Origin: Octopus sinensis
Taxonomy: Eukaryota
Direction: 5' to 3'
Length of the DNA: 64,000 bases
Assembly (NCBI RefSeq): GCF_006345805.1
Contig: NC_043022.1
Span: 10,850,001 to 10,914,000 of the forward strand
In this document: positions 13,050 through 27,063 of the stretch, in pieces
Numbering within the stretch: position 1 is the stretch's first letter
Layout: each line of letters begins with the position of its first letter
Program-made: the position numbers and the translations under genes
Notes under the pieces: generated by a model
Told to the model about the DNA's origin: nothing
Databases searched by the model: none
The model's input: the letters and a program-made list of their open reading frames with translations, nothing else

Positions 13050-14099
13050 GTTGAACAATTGCATTGTTTTTTGATGAAGTCATCTTGCTTTTCCATGCAC
13101 TTCTTCCTGCTGTCCACAAGCTTTCTTATTCCATTGGAGAAGGTGGCTTGTGAATGGTCATGCAGCCATTTTTCTTTTTTGCTGTTTCCTGTGCTACTTT
13201 TATCAGTTTCAAATTGATGACTCATAAAAGATATTTGAGCTGTCCAAACAAGTGATAGTCAGAAGGGACAAGATCTGGACTGCATGCAGGCTGTGTCCCG
13301 GCAACTTGAAACCCAGTTTTTCAATGATTACAATGGTGTCGGCACAGCTGTATGTGGGCACACATTGTTGTGCTATGATATTGCTTGATTTGCCATTAGA
13401 TCTCGGCATTTGGCATGAATTGCTTGTTTCGGTTTGTTGACCAGTATTTCACTGTGGTCTACACTGCTAAATATAAAACCCCTTTTCCAGATAATGTTTC
13501 AGTACAGGTCTCTTTTGTGTGCCCGAAAATTGCTGGTATCACTTTTTCTGCAAAATACTGAGTCTCAAGTTTCTTTTTTTATTGACAATCACTGATATTT
13601 CCTCTCCATACTCTGCCTTTTGGAATCTAGCTCACCTCCTGTGGCTATTCTCCCCAGAAAAACTTCACCTTCATCATTTTAGGGGTTGGGTAACTGTTGA
13701 TAGATCTGCACATGGTTGTGCTTATGCATTTTGTAAGCTCTCTTGGCACTCACCTTACACAGACTTTATGATGTAAGTGAAGCTTGTCATGGATGATATT
13801 TCATACACAAGGACCCTGATTAATTTGCAGAGAACATGCCACTTCATTGACCGTCACTCATTGGTTTGCTAGGACCCTCTCTCAAGCTTGCCCAGTGGTG
13901 GAGGTTGATGAGCACCCTATCCCCTCTTCATGCATCATATTTGTCCGACCATTTTTACACTTGTCTATCTGCACTTGTGCATGGTTGAGCATTGTTCCCT
14001 TATTGTACTGAAAGCTTGTGATGTATTTCAGCCCCTGACACATCTTCAGACCTGAGAAATCAGATCACTTATCTTTTCCTCCTTGGTGCACATGGCCAT
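13050..14099 (-). pseudogene. mariner (Tc1/mariner DD34D-type) transposase pseudogene
   Basis: Minus-strand fragments, broken by stops and frameshifts: RSEDVSGAEIHHKLSVQ*GNNA (N-terminal HTH region), NIIHDK, HNNVCPHTA (HDNARPH-like), CSPDLVPSDYHLFGQLK (YSPDLAPSDY-like) and NGIRKLVDSRKKCMEKQDDF. Confidence 0.88.
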
Positions 14100-14189
14100 G
14101 TTTACTCTGTGACACAAGAAAGAAAACTGGAGCAATCAAGGTCAAATGCTGGTTACACAACCACAAAAGTACTATCTTTTTAGAACACA

Positions 14190-14338
14190 TGTACTGAAAT
14201 GTGTGTGTGTGTGTGTGTGTGTATATGTGGTATGTGTATGGTTACATATGTATATATGCACACACACATGTAATGTATGTATATAATTGTGTGTGTGTGT
14301 GTGTATACGTACATGCACACGTGTGTGTATATATATTG

Positions 14339-14375
<37 letters not shown>

Positions 14376-14446
14376 TACACACTCATACACGTATATTTGT
14401 ATGTTTGCATATGTATAAATGTATACTTGTTTGTGTGTGTGTCATA

Positions 14447-14494
<48 letters not shown>

Positions 14495-14496
14495 TA

Positions 14497-14547
<51 letters not shown>

Positions 14548-14619
14548 AAATAGGATTACACGAGTAAGGGTGGAGGGAGTGCCATATGTACATATATGTG
14601 TGTGTGTACAATATAAATA

Positions 14620-14654
<35 letters not shown>

Positions 14655-14699
14655 GTGTGTGTGTACAATATAAGTATGTGTGTGTGTGTATATATATAC

Positions 14700-14733
<34 letters not shown>

Positions 14734-14770
14734 TTATACATATAGATAAACCTCTATGTGTGTGCATGCG
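14190..14770. repeat. compound TG/TA/CA microsatellite
   Basis: Direct reading of the sequence. Confidence 0.9.
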
Positions 14771-17553
14771 CATATTTTATCCCCCACCCCACATATCTAC
14801 AATATTCTATAATAATGCCATTATTGTATGCATTGTATAGTCTATAAGTCTTCTGTAATCCTCGGTGGTTGTTATGGCAGGATTGTTTTTTCCTTTTTCT
14901 CTGTCTTTTCCCAACAACAGTGTGTGTGCCCTTATAAATCTCTACTCTCTCCTTTTCACCATTTTCATATTTCATTTCATATTGTTATGTATTCGTTTAA
15001 ATATCTCTCTCTGCACTTAAGAAAATTTCTGTCCCAGTTCTCCAACCAGGAATATTGTTGTCTACTGAGATTTGAGACTGTTTCACTGACACTGAACTAA
15101 ATAAGACTTTGAAATTTCCATTTTTCATAATCTTATTTATTATAAATGATTTTGTTTGCTATGCCATATGTACTTCAGCAGACTTCATACAATCAAAAAC
15201 TTCTATGTCCTCCACCATCCTTCTGTCTGATATTTCATATTGCTGGTTGTGATGATGATGATTATGATCTTCATAATCAAATGTTGTGGTTATTGGGTTG
15301 GAAGAATTGTTAGAATGTCTAACAAAACAATGCCTTGTGATATTTTGTTGGTTTGTTTTTGATTCCGAGTTTCAAATCTTGTTATCCCACTCAGCTTTGC
15401 TACTTTATCAACCTCAAAACAATGAAAATTAGTTAAGTTTTGGGGTTGATTTAATCAGACCCTTTCATCCCAAGAATCTGTCATTGTGCCTTTATTAGAA
15501 ATTATTGCCCTCATTTTTTATTTCCCCATTATCAATTCTGTATAAAACCACACCATTTTTGTAATTTCTCCGAGTAATGTATCTTTGTCCATTGCTCCTT
15601 TGCCAAATAGAATAAGCCATTTATCATCATCCATTTAATGTCTACTTTTCCATGCTGGCATGGGTTGGACAGGATTTGTAGAGGCAGATTTTTCTGTAGC
15701 TGGATACTCTTCCTATCACCAACCTTTGCCTGATTCCAAATAAGGTAATATTCCTCCATTTCTGACAGGTTTTCACAGGAGAACAAAGGACACCGTTTGC
15801 ATAACGGTGACACTCCTTTACAATTATCACACAATATCAAGACAAAGAGACTATAACATGCACACACACACACATGTATGCAACAGGTTTCTTTCAGTTT
15901 CTCTCTACCAAATCCATTCATAAGGCTTTAAACAACCCAGGGTTATAGTGGAAGACCCACAGTACCAAGCAGTAGGTGTGAACCTGGAATGATGTTGGTG
16001 GGAAGCCAGCTTCTTACCATACAGGTAAATGCCTGCACCTGTCATTATTAATTAATTAAAGGTAGTGGATTGGCAGACTCATTAAAAACATCAGACCAAA
16101 TTCCCTATGGTATTTAGAGCCCCCTTTCATTGGCACGAGCTCAACTCCTGTGAAGTCAACTTAGCCTTTCATCCTGTCAGGGTCCATAAAACATCATACT
16201 CCTTTGCACAAATTTGTGGCCCTGTCTTTATGTTAGAAATGATTATCAGCATTTTTTGTTATTACAGTTGGGGCAATTATTGCTTTTAGCTCCATTCCCC
16301 AACCCTCCGATCAGCTGATATCAGCAGTATGATCAAGACTGTCCAAGCCATGAACATACCATCTTTTATTTATTTTGCAGCAGTACTATAACTAACCCCC
16401 CCACCTCCAACCTTGTTATGTCATGTACCTTTCTTTTTTTCTAATTAAGGTTTTAGAGTGGCATTTGGAGATTTTGGTGCTATTTTTTTTTCCGACAGAT
16501 TGAATAGAGACTACCTCGTTTCTGTTCTTGTGGTTCTTGTTATTGTTTAACCCCTTGAGCAGTCAACCCTGATTGAGAAGTTCCTTCATCAAAAGCATTC
16601 CTGACACAATTATTTCTATTTTTCTTTGGCACAATCTGTCTAGAACCTCGTTAAGCTGATTGGGTCCTCTTTTCAAGACATTTTCACCTTCTCTTCTCCT
16701 GGAAATTCTTTTCCAGTGTGCCCTTTCTATTTTTAAGTTGATTGGTGTGATTTAAGGGAGATTTGGTTGTTGTTTCAAGTAAGTTGAGCAGCCATGTAGT
16801 AGTAGTCAGTCATATGGAGTCATTCTTATTGTTTGTGGTTGGCAGAAATGGAAGGGTTCAAAATTAAGTTGCCTTAACTGTGACATTATTTTTCAAAGAT
16901 TGAAGCTGATAAACCCTGCAGAAACTTAAAACATTGGAATCTATTTTTCTTTCACCCCCTCCCCCCTCTCTTATGCCCCCTCCCCCCTCTCTTATGCCCC
17001 CTCTCCCTCCTCCCCCTCCCTCCTCCCCCTCTCCCTCCTCTGCCCCACACCTCCCTCCTCTTCCTCCTCTTCCCCCTCCCCCTTCCCTTGTCTTTCCACC
17101 TCTCTCTTATCCTCCATATTTTTGATACTCAGTTTACATCCACAGCTAAATTTTGTTTTCATTTTCTCAAATAATAATACGGATCAACATTAAACTGCCA
17201 GCTCAATAAATCCTTGTGAGTGGATTTGGTTGATGGCAACTGAAAGAAAGCCTCTCTCTCTCTCTCTCTGTATATATATATATATCTTGTAGCTTGTTTT
17301 AGTCTTTTGACTGTGGTCATGCTGGAGCACTTCCTTCAAGGGTTTTAGTTGAATGAATGGACACCAGGACTTGTTTTTGTTGGTCTCTTTTCCCAAACCT
17401 CTAAGTTATGGGTATGTAAACACACTAACACTGGTTGTCAAGCTGTAGGGGTGGACACACACACACACACACATGTGTATATCACAGAACAGTACATTTT
17501 ATGTATATATATGTATGCATATGTATATATATATGTATATATTTGTGTATGTA

Positions 17554-17615
<62 letters not shown>

Positions 17616-18050
17616 TGTTTGTGTGTGTGCATATATGTGTATATTTATATGTGTATATATTTGAAGACCTGCACAGAATGCGCTTCCATAGAGTTTCTGC
17701 TTATCAGATTTCATCCAAGGCATCAGTGAAAGGTAATTGTCCACAATGTGGGTGTAGGTTTGAACCCAAAACTACAGGGTCATGAAGCAAACAACTTAAT
17801 GCTACACTCATTCATACAATACAACCGTACCTACCCCCAGTTTGTCAATTCGATCAACTTTACCCCTCATCCCTACAATTTACAAACATGTGTACCATGC
17901 AAACGAACCATTTTTGTTGCATTGTTTTTGCATAATAAAGGCTATATAGAGATGGACGGTGTAGGTGAAGTTGTGATGTTGATGCCTTTACAGTAATGTA
18001 TTAACCGATGTCTTTCTCTCTCTATTGCAGAGCCTAACAGAATCATCACC

Positions 18051-18157
18051 ATGAGAGTGTCTGTCAAGTTTATTATTTGTGGCTCCCTGATATTCTGTGT
18101 GATCTTCTTCAGCTGGTTTCGGTGTCCCAACATACAAAATGATGACAACTTAATTAT
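18051..18157 (+). CDS. candidate first coding exon of an unidentified type II membrane or secretory-pathway protein (MRVSVKFIICGSLIFCVIFFSWFRCPNIQNDDNLI..)
   Basis: Strong acceptor TCTTTCTCTCTCTATTGCAG ending at 18030, ACCATG start at 18051, basic N-terminus followed by a ~16-aa hydrophobic stretch, and donor AT|GTAAGT at 18158 (phase 2). Not repeated in the window. No downstream partner exon found. Confidence 0.5.
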
Positions 18158-18413
18158 GTAAGTACATGACGACACTTTAATTATTTCATATAACAGGTTG
18201 TTCCTGGGATCAATCCCATTGTTTGGAACTTTGGACAAGTGTAATTTCTCATGGCATCAGGTCAACCTGAACAAAGCCTTGAGAGTGAAATTGGGTTGAT
18301 ATTGAAACTGTGGCAGCCTGGTTGAAAGGATTGTACATCAAAGATCTAACCTTATTGCTTTCTGTGTTATGCTGAGTTCTGCTTGACAAATATTTTATAA
18401 GTACATATGTCTA

Positions 18414-18600
18414 GGGCGGCGAGCTGGCAGAATCTTTAGCACACTGGACGAAATGCTTAGTGGTATTTCACCCGTCACTACGTTCTGAGTTCAAATTCTG
18501 CCGAGGTCGACTTTGCCTTTCATCCTTTTGGGGTCAATAAAACACTGGGATCAATGTAATCAACTCATCCCACCTCCCCCAAGCTGCCCTTTTGGCAAAA
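18414..18600 (+). mobile_element. SINE family B
   Basis: GGCGGCGAGCTGGCAG head, GAGTTCAAATTC box and GCCTTTCATCCTTTTGGGGTC core. Confidence 0.85.
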
Positions 18601-18722
18601 AATTTGAAATAATAAGTACATATGCATGAAGAACACTCAGCCATGTGTATGCTAATTTAACAAGTAGTTCAGTTGATTGAACAAGTCAATGTTTTTTTTT
18701 TGTCAACAGCAGCAGAGCCATC

Positions 18723-18756
<34 letters not shown>

Positions 18757-21700
18757 ACATGCACAAAAAATAAAAAGGGATTAAAAATCTAGACAGATAC
18801 TCTTGAAGCATTCTGTTGGAGTCAAACTTTACTAACCAAATTGACCAGAGGAAGTCCTTGCAATCCACGTAGTTAATCCACTGTCGACTGCCTGGCTAAT
18901 CTGTAAATCCAAAGTTGATATACAGAAGAATTTGGCATACGGTCACAGAGTTTAGTAGAAAACAAAAGAACGGGGATTTCTTCATTTGTAATTTTGTGTG
19001 CATTTTAGATTGATTGGTATTACACAGATTTGAAACTTATTAATGTTGCATATTGATCAATCCGTATTTGATTGACTACAGAAATCAAGAAATTAACACC
19101 AACATGTCCTTCTCTAAGTCTCTCTACACAAGTCTTATTCTCATGAGTCTCTTTTTTCTTCTCTCTCCTCTCTCTTATTTTCTCTCTGAACACATCTCTC
19201 TTTCTCTCTCCACTCGTCTCTTTTTTTAATATTTCAATTTTTACCATATAATTGTCAAGTTATTATTCAGATCTTGGCAGTAGATTTGTAGAATCATTAG
19301 AGCATCACACAAATTGCTTTCTGTTGTTTAGCTTTGACCTTTTCGAGGCCATAACTAAATGGTTGCTCTCCTCACATGCAACGACAACCAAATCTCCTGC
19401 AAAAAGGCATTAACTAAACGACACAAATCCCACCAAGGAGCAATTTACCTTTCATAACTTCTGGCAGGTAGATAAAAATCAAATACTGTGATCGATTTAA
19501 CCAACTTTACTCCCCCACCTCTAAAAAAACTGTGGCTTTGTGCAATTTTTAGAATTCATTATTTGGTGCCAGGTTATTCCTCATCCAGCAGATCTATGAT
19601 CAAAGATATTTTCTTGCTGACCATCCTGATCTTGTTTTGTCTCTCCAGATATATCTAGATTTATATTTATTATTTATTATTCAATGTGTTGTTCCTAAGA
19701 TGTTAAGGAGGTGATTTCATGAGAAATTTGGCTGCTATTTCTAGCAAGTTGCATTGAGGCACCCTCGATGGCTTGAATGTTTCTTGTTGAGCTTGAAGTC
19801 AGCTCCAATCAAGCTGTGACCATTTTTGTCTTTTTCTCTAGAACCGCATTTAATGCAATGTGTCCTTTTTTAAAGTTGCTGGAGTGTGATTTGAGAAATA
19901 TTTGGTTGCTATTTCTAGCAGTTCAAGCAATCATGTAGAGGCTCTTTTGTTGACATTGAAGGGGATTTTAAGGTCTCACTGCTTAGCACCTCTTGCATTA
20001 CAGGGCTTAGTGAATGATAAATCTGTTGTATAGGACACCAATTAAAATTCCAAGGAGATTTGGCACAACAACAACAATAATAATAATAATAATAATACAT
20101 GACAACTTGACAAATTGAAGCAAGAGGAAAGGAGATCAAACTCTCCATTCTGGATATGATATTGGCCTAACAAATACAACAACGTTTCTACAATGTTTGG
20201 TAATTATTTTTGACAACTGAGGCTTGTAATAATCTAAGAGAACCTCACTCTACTACCTTGCCCGGAGTTAGTACAGCTTGAGCCGACTTGGGTGATACTG
20301 TATGGCTGTATGAACCTGCTAGAAGCAGTAGAAATAGCAGTCAAATTCCCTTCAAAATCACACCATCATCATTTAATGTCCGTTGTCCATGCCGGCATGG
20401 GTTGGACGGTTTGACCAGAGCTGGCAAGCTGGAAGGCTGCACCAGACTCCAGTCTGATTTGGCATGGTTTTCTATGGCTGGATGCCCTTCCTAAACACTA
20501 ACCCTTTCAAGAGTGCTTTAACATTCCACTGGCACAGGTGCCATTTTGCATGACACCAGTATCTGCCACAGCTATAACATCTCAAAAAATAAGAAAGGCT
20601 ATAAAATTTTTTTTTAAATGGATGAATTGTCATGGTTGGAATGTCTGCTTGATCAGAGCTAATTAACAATAGTTATTAAAACCTTTCCACATTTGGCTCC
20701 TGTGTGCCTAGATGTTAGTAATTATGGATTAGAAACCCCTGTGTGAAGAGTGGCAAGCTGCCAGCTATCATTACAACTTGCAATGAGAATAGGGCTGCAG
20801 GCTTAGTAGGGTGGTTAAGGAGTCCACTCCATGTTGAAGTTGAGGGTTCAATCCTACTGTGCAGCACCTTGGGCAGATGTTTTCTTCTGTTGATTCAATT
20901 TGACCAAATCATTGTAAAAGGAATTTCGAGAACAAAAATTTTGTGTGTGTGTGTGTGTGTGTGTGTGAAGACAGGGAAAAACGTTATCATGGGTGAAATT
21001 TGAATGTTGCATCTGGAATGGAAAAAAAACTTAGAATTAAAATAATAAATTGATGAGAAAAGCTATATTTATTTATTAAATGTTTGTGTGTGTTGGTGTA
21101 TGGGAATATGTATGTGGCTGTGGATGTGCAGATACACCAGTGTGTGAGTGTGTAGGTGTGCTTGTATGTTGGATGCATGGAAGTTAGGGATGGAGTGGAT
21201 GCAGTTATGTTGAGGGCACTGTGGGGGTACTTGCAGGTGTTTTGGTTATGTGATCCAAGTGTAGACACCTGATCATTCTACCCTATCTGTACCTGGTGGC
21301 TTGTTTGTAAGTCAGGATTTAAAGCATTAAAATAACGTTAGATACGCTAACTTGATAGGGGTTTATGTATTTTTGAGTGTTTATTTATACCAGTGTGGGT
21401 ATGTATGTATGTGTATGAGTATTTGAATACATGTGAATTCATGTGTGTGGTGTATGTCAGTTGAATGTACATGCTATTGTGGGTGTGTGCAACAGGATGT
21501 GTGTTTTTTTGGTATATGTATTTGAAGCATATTGACATCGTAGTGTGCAGTTGAGGTGCACACACACACACACTGAAGCTGTTGTGGGGAAAAAGAAAGA
21601 GCGAAGGAAATTGGTGTAAGATAAGTACAGATAATGTTGAGTATGAATGGCTTGATGTTAATGATTGCCAGGTGTGTGTAATTAGGTTAATATTTGTGTT

Positions 21701-23019
21701 TACAAACTAGAGGAATAAATATTCAATACATGATACACAGTTGATAGTATTTACTGTTGGGGTTTGGAAATCTAAAGTTGGTCGTAATTTATATAGTTGT
21801 TTTCCACTTCAGTATGTGTGTGTGTGTGTGTATGTGTGTGTATGTATGTGTGTATATATATATGTGTGTGTGTGTATGTATGTGTGTATATATGTGTGTG
21901 TGTGTATGTGTGTATATATATATATATAAATAATGTATATAAAAATTAGTTATAAGGATTCAATAGAACCTAGGCATATCAACATGTAGGATGCCAGAAA
22001 TGGCTAGGTACAATAATGTAGAGTTCACAGGGAGGCAAACTGCAATGATGGTGTCATGTTGGTAGGATGTTGTGAATATTTAAATTGTAGATTCAACTCT
22101 GGGGTTGGTTCCAGGTGTGGCTTAGGTGAAGATGGTGGATTACATGTTAATGTAATCTATGAATACCTCAAAATTCTACTGAAACTGCTGTTGTAAAGTT
22201 TAAACGCCATTTGTGTTCTCTTTATACATACACACGTGTATATATAATCTGTGATGACTAAGTTTGCTTCACTCTGACATGGTTGCAGGCTTCATCTTGC
22301 TTCTTCCACCTCATGCAAAGGCTTCTGTTGGCTTTCAGTTAACTAATGCTTTCTCAATGGGTTTTGGTAGATGCAAATATCAAAGGGTGTGTGTGTGCGC
22401 GTGTGTGTGTGTGTGAATGTGTGTCTTGTTTATGTTCATGTTTGTTCATCTGTATAACTTAGTAATTTCATAAATAGGTATTGATAGAATAAGCCTCAGA
22501 CTGGAATAAACTTTGGGGCCAGTATGAATAGAACCTTTTAAAAAAGACAAATTCGTCAGGTCTTTTTCTTCATCATAAGGATTAAAACTTGTGGCTTGAC
22601 CATAGCATTCATCATCTACAGTGAGGCTAAAAATATTTGTTTACTAAATGCATAAACCTGTAAATTTTTCTTATATTTTGAGTTGCCGTTGGGTAGTGTT
22701 TCTGTCAATGTCGATCTGTGTCAGTACAAATGTGTCTGCTGTTCTGTTCTCTGGTGCAGGCATGGCTGTGTGGCTGAGATGTTTACTTCAAAACCACATG
22801 GTTTTAAGGACCAGTCCTGCTGTGTGCCATCATGAGCAAGTGTCTTCTTTCTACCAGAGGATCAGGAAGATCCTATGGTATGATCTTTCTGACAAAAACT
22901 GTAGAGTAACCTGCTGTTTGTGTGTGTGTGTATGTGGATATATATGTTTGAGCATGTTTGTTGTATGTATGTGTATCATTAGCATCATCGTTTATCTGCA
23001 TTCCTTGCTGGTATGGGTA

Positions 23020-23133
23020 AGACATATATACACACACACACATATAATATATGTATATATATGTGTGCGTATACACATGTATGTGTGTGTATACATATAT
23101 ATATGTGGATATGTATATATATATATATATGTG

Positions 23134-23165
<32 letters not shown>

Positions 23166-23613
23166 CATGTATATATATATATATATATATGTGCATGTAT
23201 ATATATATATATATATGTGCATGTATATATATATATATATATATGTGCATGTATATATATATATATATGTGCATGTATATATATATGTATATGTACATGC
23301 ATGTATATATATGTATATGTACATGTATGTATATATATGTATATGTACATGTATGTATATATATGTATATGTACATGTATGTATATATATGTATATGTAC
23401 ATGTATGTATATATATGTATATGTACATGTATGTATATATATCTATATGTACATGTATGTATATATATATATATGTACATGTATGTATATATATATATAT
23501 GTACATGTATGTATATATATATATATGTACATGTATGTATATATATATATATGTACATGTATGTATATATATATATATGTACATGTATGTATATATATAT
23601 ATATATATATGTG

Positions 23614-23651
<38 letters not shown>

Positions 23652-23910
23652 CATGTATGTATGTATGTGTGCATGTATGTATGTATGTGTGCATATATGT
23701 ATGTGTGCATGTATTTATGTATGTGTGCATGTATGTATATATATATATATGTGTATGTATATGTGTGTGTATACATATATGTGTATGTATATATGTGTGT
23801 GTGTGTGTATATGTGTATACATATGTGTGTATACATGCATATATATATATATATAATATGTATGTCTGTGTGTATACATACGTATGTATGTATATACATA
23901 TATGTATGTG
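23020..23910. repeat. compound micro/minisatellite with successive (TA)nTGTGCATG and TATGTACATGTATG units
   Basis: Direct reading; source of the ORFs at 22648-23960. Confidence 0.95.
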
Positions 23911-24958
23911 CATGCAGTGTTATAAAGCTATTAGTACATATGATCTATAGGTTCAACTAAACAATTCCTGTTTTGTTGTTTAAAATTACAATCTTATGGT
24001 GTCATCAGTATTAGTTTTTGAGACATTTTTCTTCTTTCTCTTCATTGATGCTATATACACCCTCCTATGCATAACTCCTTTCTGCATCCCTATTATATAC
24101 ACACACACAACATATCTGTTGGATGTACACCACACATTGCTATGTTAAGTTCACTGGCATCAATGGTTTTAGGTTGAATTCTGTTGCAGGGCATTTTAAG
24201 TGTCTTCCAAAATATGGTGATTGGTCAACAGCTGATGAAGGGAGGGTCCTGTAATGCAATCTGCGTATATAACATATAACACATGTATGCACACACACAC
24301 AAAATATAGATTATAAACTATGGTTTTGTGCATGTGTGGTTATTGTATAGTCCCATATTGACCCCGTTTATTCAAACCTATGAAGACATTCTTGCCATGG
24401 CCATCCTGTCATTTAAGGGATATCTAGGGCTACATTTGCTGATGAGTTCTTCCATTTAAAAAAAAAAAAAATTTGTAGATGGAAGTATGGTATTTGACGA
24501 AGATTTGGTCTCTATTTGTAAAAATTCATGTTGACTAAAAGGGTGCCTACATAAAAATACTAAACTATACAACCTTGTAAGACACAAGAAATTTAATATA
24601 AAACATGATCGTCAAAATGGTTTGGATGAATATTAAATTTGTGTGTAAAAAGAGAAAGAAAAATAAGATGATAAAACATGTAACTCATATTTTTTAAGCT
24701 AAAATTGTGGGAGGTCCACATATTTCGGATCACATTGTACTCAAGTAAATATAGTATGTATGTGTATGTCTGGACCCCCTCCTGCCAGAATTTATATATA
24801 TATACATATGCACACACATCACACATACAGGAGATATACTTGCTTGGCAAGTGATTTGATTTGAGACCATATGTTTGAACTAAAATAATTATAGCGTGAA
24901 AGACATATTAGCTGTTCAAAAATCGCACAAAAACTGTTAACCTCACTTAAACATTTAT

Positions 24959-25056
24959 ATTTGGTGTCAAAATTTTCATTGCACCAACTGCAACCTGGTC
25001 AATGGCACAGCTTTGCCAGGTTATTAGTTGTTGCGGCAGAAATTTTGACACCAAAT
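24959..25056. repeat. short inverted repeat / hairpin (98 bp)
   Basis: Perfect 17-bp arms ATTTGGTGTCAAAATTT / AAATTTTGACACCAAAT, with imperfect inner pairing down to AACCTGG/CCAGGTT. Confidence 0.75.
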
Positions 25057-25129
25057 AATGATTTAGTGAAGAGAATAGCTCTAGTGTGACTTTAAATGAA
25101 TAATATGCTGCTGTTGTTGTTGTTGTTCT

Positions 25130-25310
25130 TAAGGTGGTGTGCTGGCAGAATCATTAGCACACTGGGTGAAATGCTTACTGATATTTGATCTGTCTTCAGG
25201 TTCTGAGTTCAAATTCCACTAAGGTTGACTTTGCCTTTCATCCTTTCAGGGTCGATAAAATAAGTACCAGTTTAACACTAAGCTGGCCTTGTGCCAAAAT
25301 TTGAAATCAT
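25130..25310 (+). mobile_element. SINE family B
   Basis: Head, B-box and core motifs as at 4079. Confidence 0.8.
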
Positions 25311-25365
25311 GATTATTATATACATATATATATTTCATAAGGATATATATATATATATGCATATC

Positions 25366-25704
25366 CCAACCATGTGGTTCCCTGTTCAGTTCCCTCTGCG
25401 TGACACCATGTTTTCAACTATAGCCTTGGCCCAACCAAAGCCTTGTGAGTGGATTTGGTAGATGGAAACTGAAAGAAGCCTGTCATGTATATGTTTATGT
25501 GTCTGTGTTTGTCCCCCCCCACCATCACTTGACAACCAATGTTGGTGTGTTTACATCCCTGTAACTTAGCAGTTCAGCAAGAGAGACTGATAGAATAAAT
25601 ACTAGGCTTACAAAGAATAAGTCCTGGAGGTTGATCTGCTCAACAAAAAGGTGGTGCTCCAGCATGGCCGCAGTCAAATGTTTGAAATAAGTAAGAGAAT
25701 AAAA
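25366..25704 (+). mobile_element. SINE family A (plus-strand member of an inverted pair)
   Basis: CCAACCATGTGGTTC...CCAGCATGGCCGCAGTCAAATG tail. Confidence 0.88.
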
Positions 25705-25710
25705 TATACA

Positions 25711-26091
25711 TATTTTTATTCCTTTCAGTCTTTTGACTGAGGCCATGCTAGAGCACTGCCTTTAGTCAAAGAAATTGACCCCATGACTTATTCTTTGTAA
25801 GCCTAGTACTTTTTCTATCAGTCTCTTTTGCCAAACTGCTAAGTTACGGGGATGTAAACACACTAGCATCAGTTGTCAAGTGATGGTGGGGACCAAAGAC
25901 ACACCGACACACAAACATTATAAATATATATGACGGGCTTCTTTTAGTTTCCGTCTACTAAATCCACTCACAAGGCTTTGGTTGGCCCGAAGCTATATAG
26001 TAGACACTTGCCCAAGGTGCCACACAGTGGGACTGAGCCGGGAACCATGTGGTTGGTAAGCAAGCTACTTATCACACAGCCACTCCTGCAC

Positions 26092-26093
<2 letters not shown>
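25711..26093 (-). mobile_element. SINE family A (minus-strand member of an inverted pair)
   Basis: Reverse-complement copy starting a few bases after the tail of the plus copy. Confidence 0.88.
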
Positions 26094-26162
<69 letters not shown>

Positions 26163-27063
26163 TATTATGGGTTAGGGGAAAATCCAGTGCTTCCCATTGA
26201 CTGGTAGTTTTATCTTGAAGTCAATATCTGCTGCCATTCCAAATACTCTCCACCCTCAGATGAAACTTAGAGCTATTGTAAGGCATTGAATGTTTCCAAT
26301 ACTAACCATAAAATCTTCAGCTAAAAGTACAACCAGAATTATATGGAAGGATTTTATGTTCTTGTTGTCGTATCTAATATGCCATGCTCACACTCTGTTT
26401 GTGTGTGTATCAGTGAATATACACAATTTGAGGTTTTTTTATGAATGAACATATATTGCTTAGTGTGTGTGTGTGTGTGTGTAAGAAAAAATATATTTAG
26501 TCATGTGATTTGCATATAATCACTGAGTACATTTGTGTATCTGTTGGTAAATATAGATGGAGGATGCCACGCTGTACAATGCCCAGACATCACCACATGT
26601 ACACACACACGTACATGCATCCACCCCCGTCCCCACACACAGACATTGCAGAGGGCTTCACAGCTTGACAGAATCAATCATGGGGTATCTGGTAGGTCCC
26701 TGTTTTTAAAGGGGCCTGGTCTGCTGGTGCACATCTGTACAACCGCAACATCCTGGGGACAGGGCAGTGAGTTTGCTTGATGAGTGGGGGGTGGGGGTGG
26801 AGGACCATCTGTTTTGTAGCTGGGTTAGTTGTGGCGGTGGAGGCAGTAGTGGCGTTGGTAGTGTTGAGTGCTATGTCTGTGTGTGTGTGTGTGTGTGTCT
26901 CTCTCTCTCTGGGTAGTGCAGTGGTGGGAGTATCATTACTAGTGGTGATTGTTGTTGCTTATCCCCCACTCTTAGCACCATCTATCTTTTTCTGTTGAAG
27001 TAATATCCTAGACTGGCTTCATTATCCAAGAATGTCATTTTCTTTTTTTTTATTTTGTAAGCT

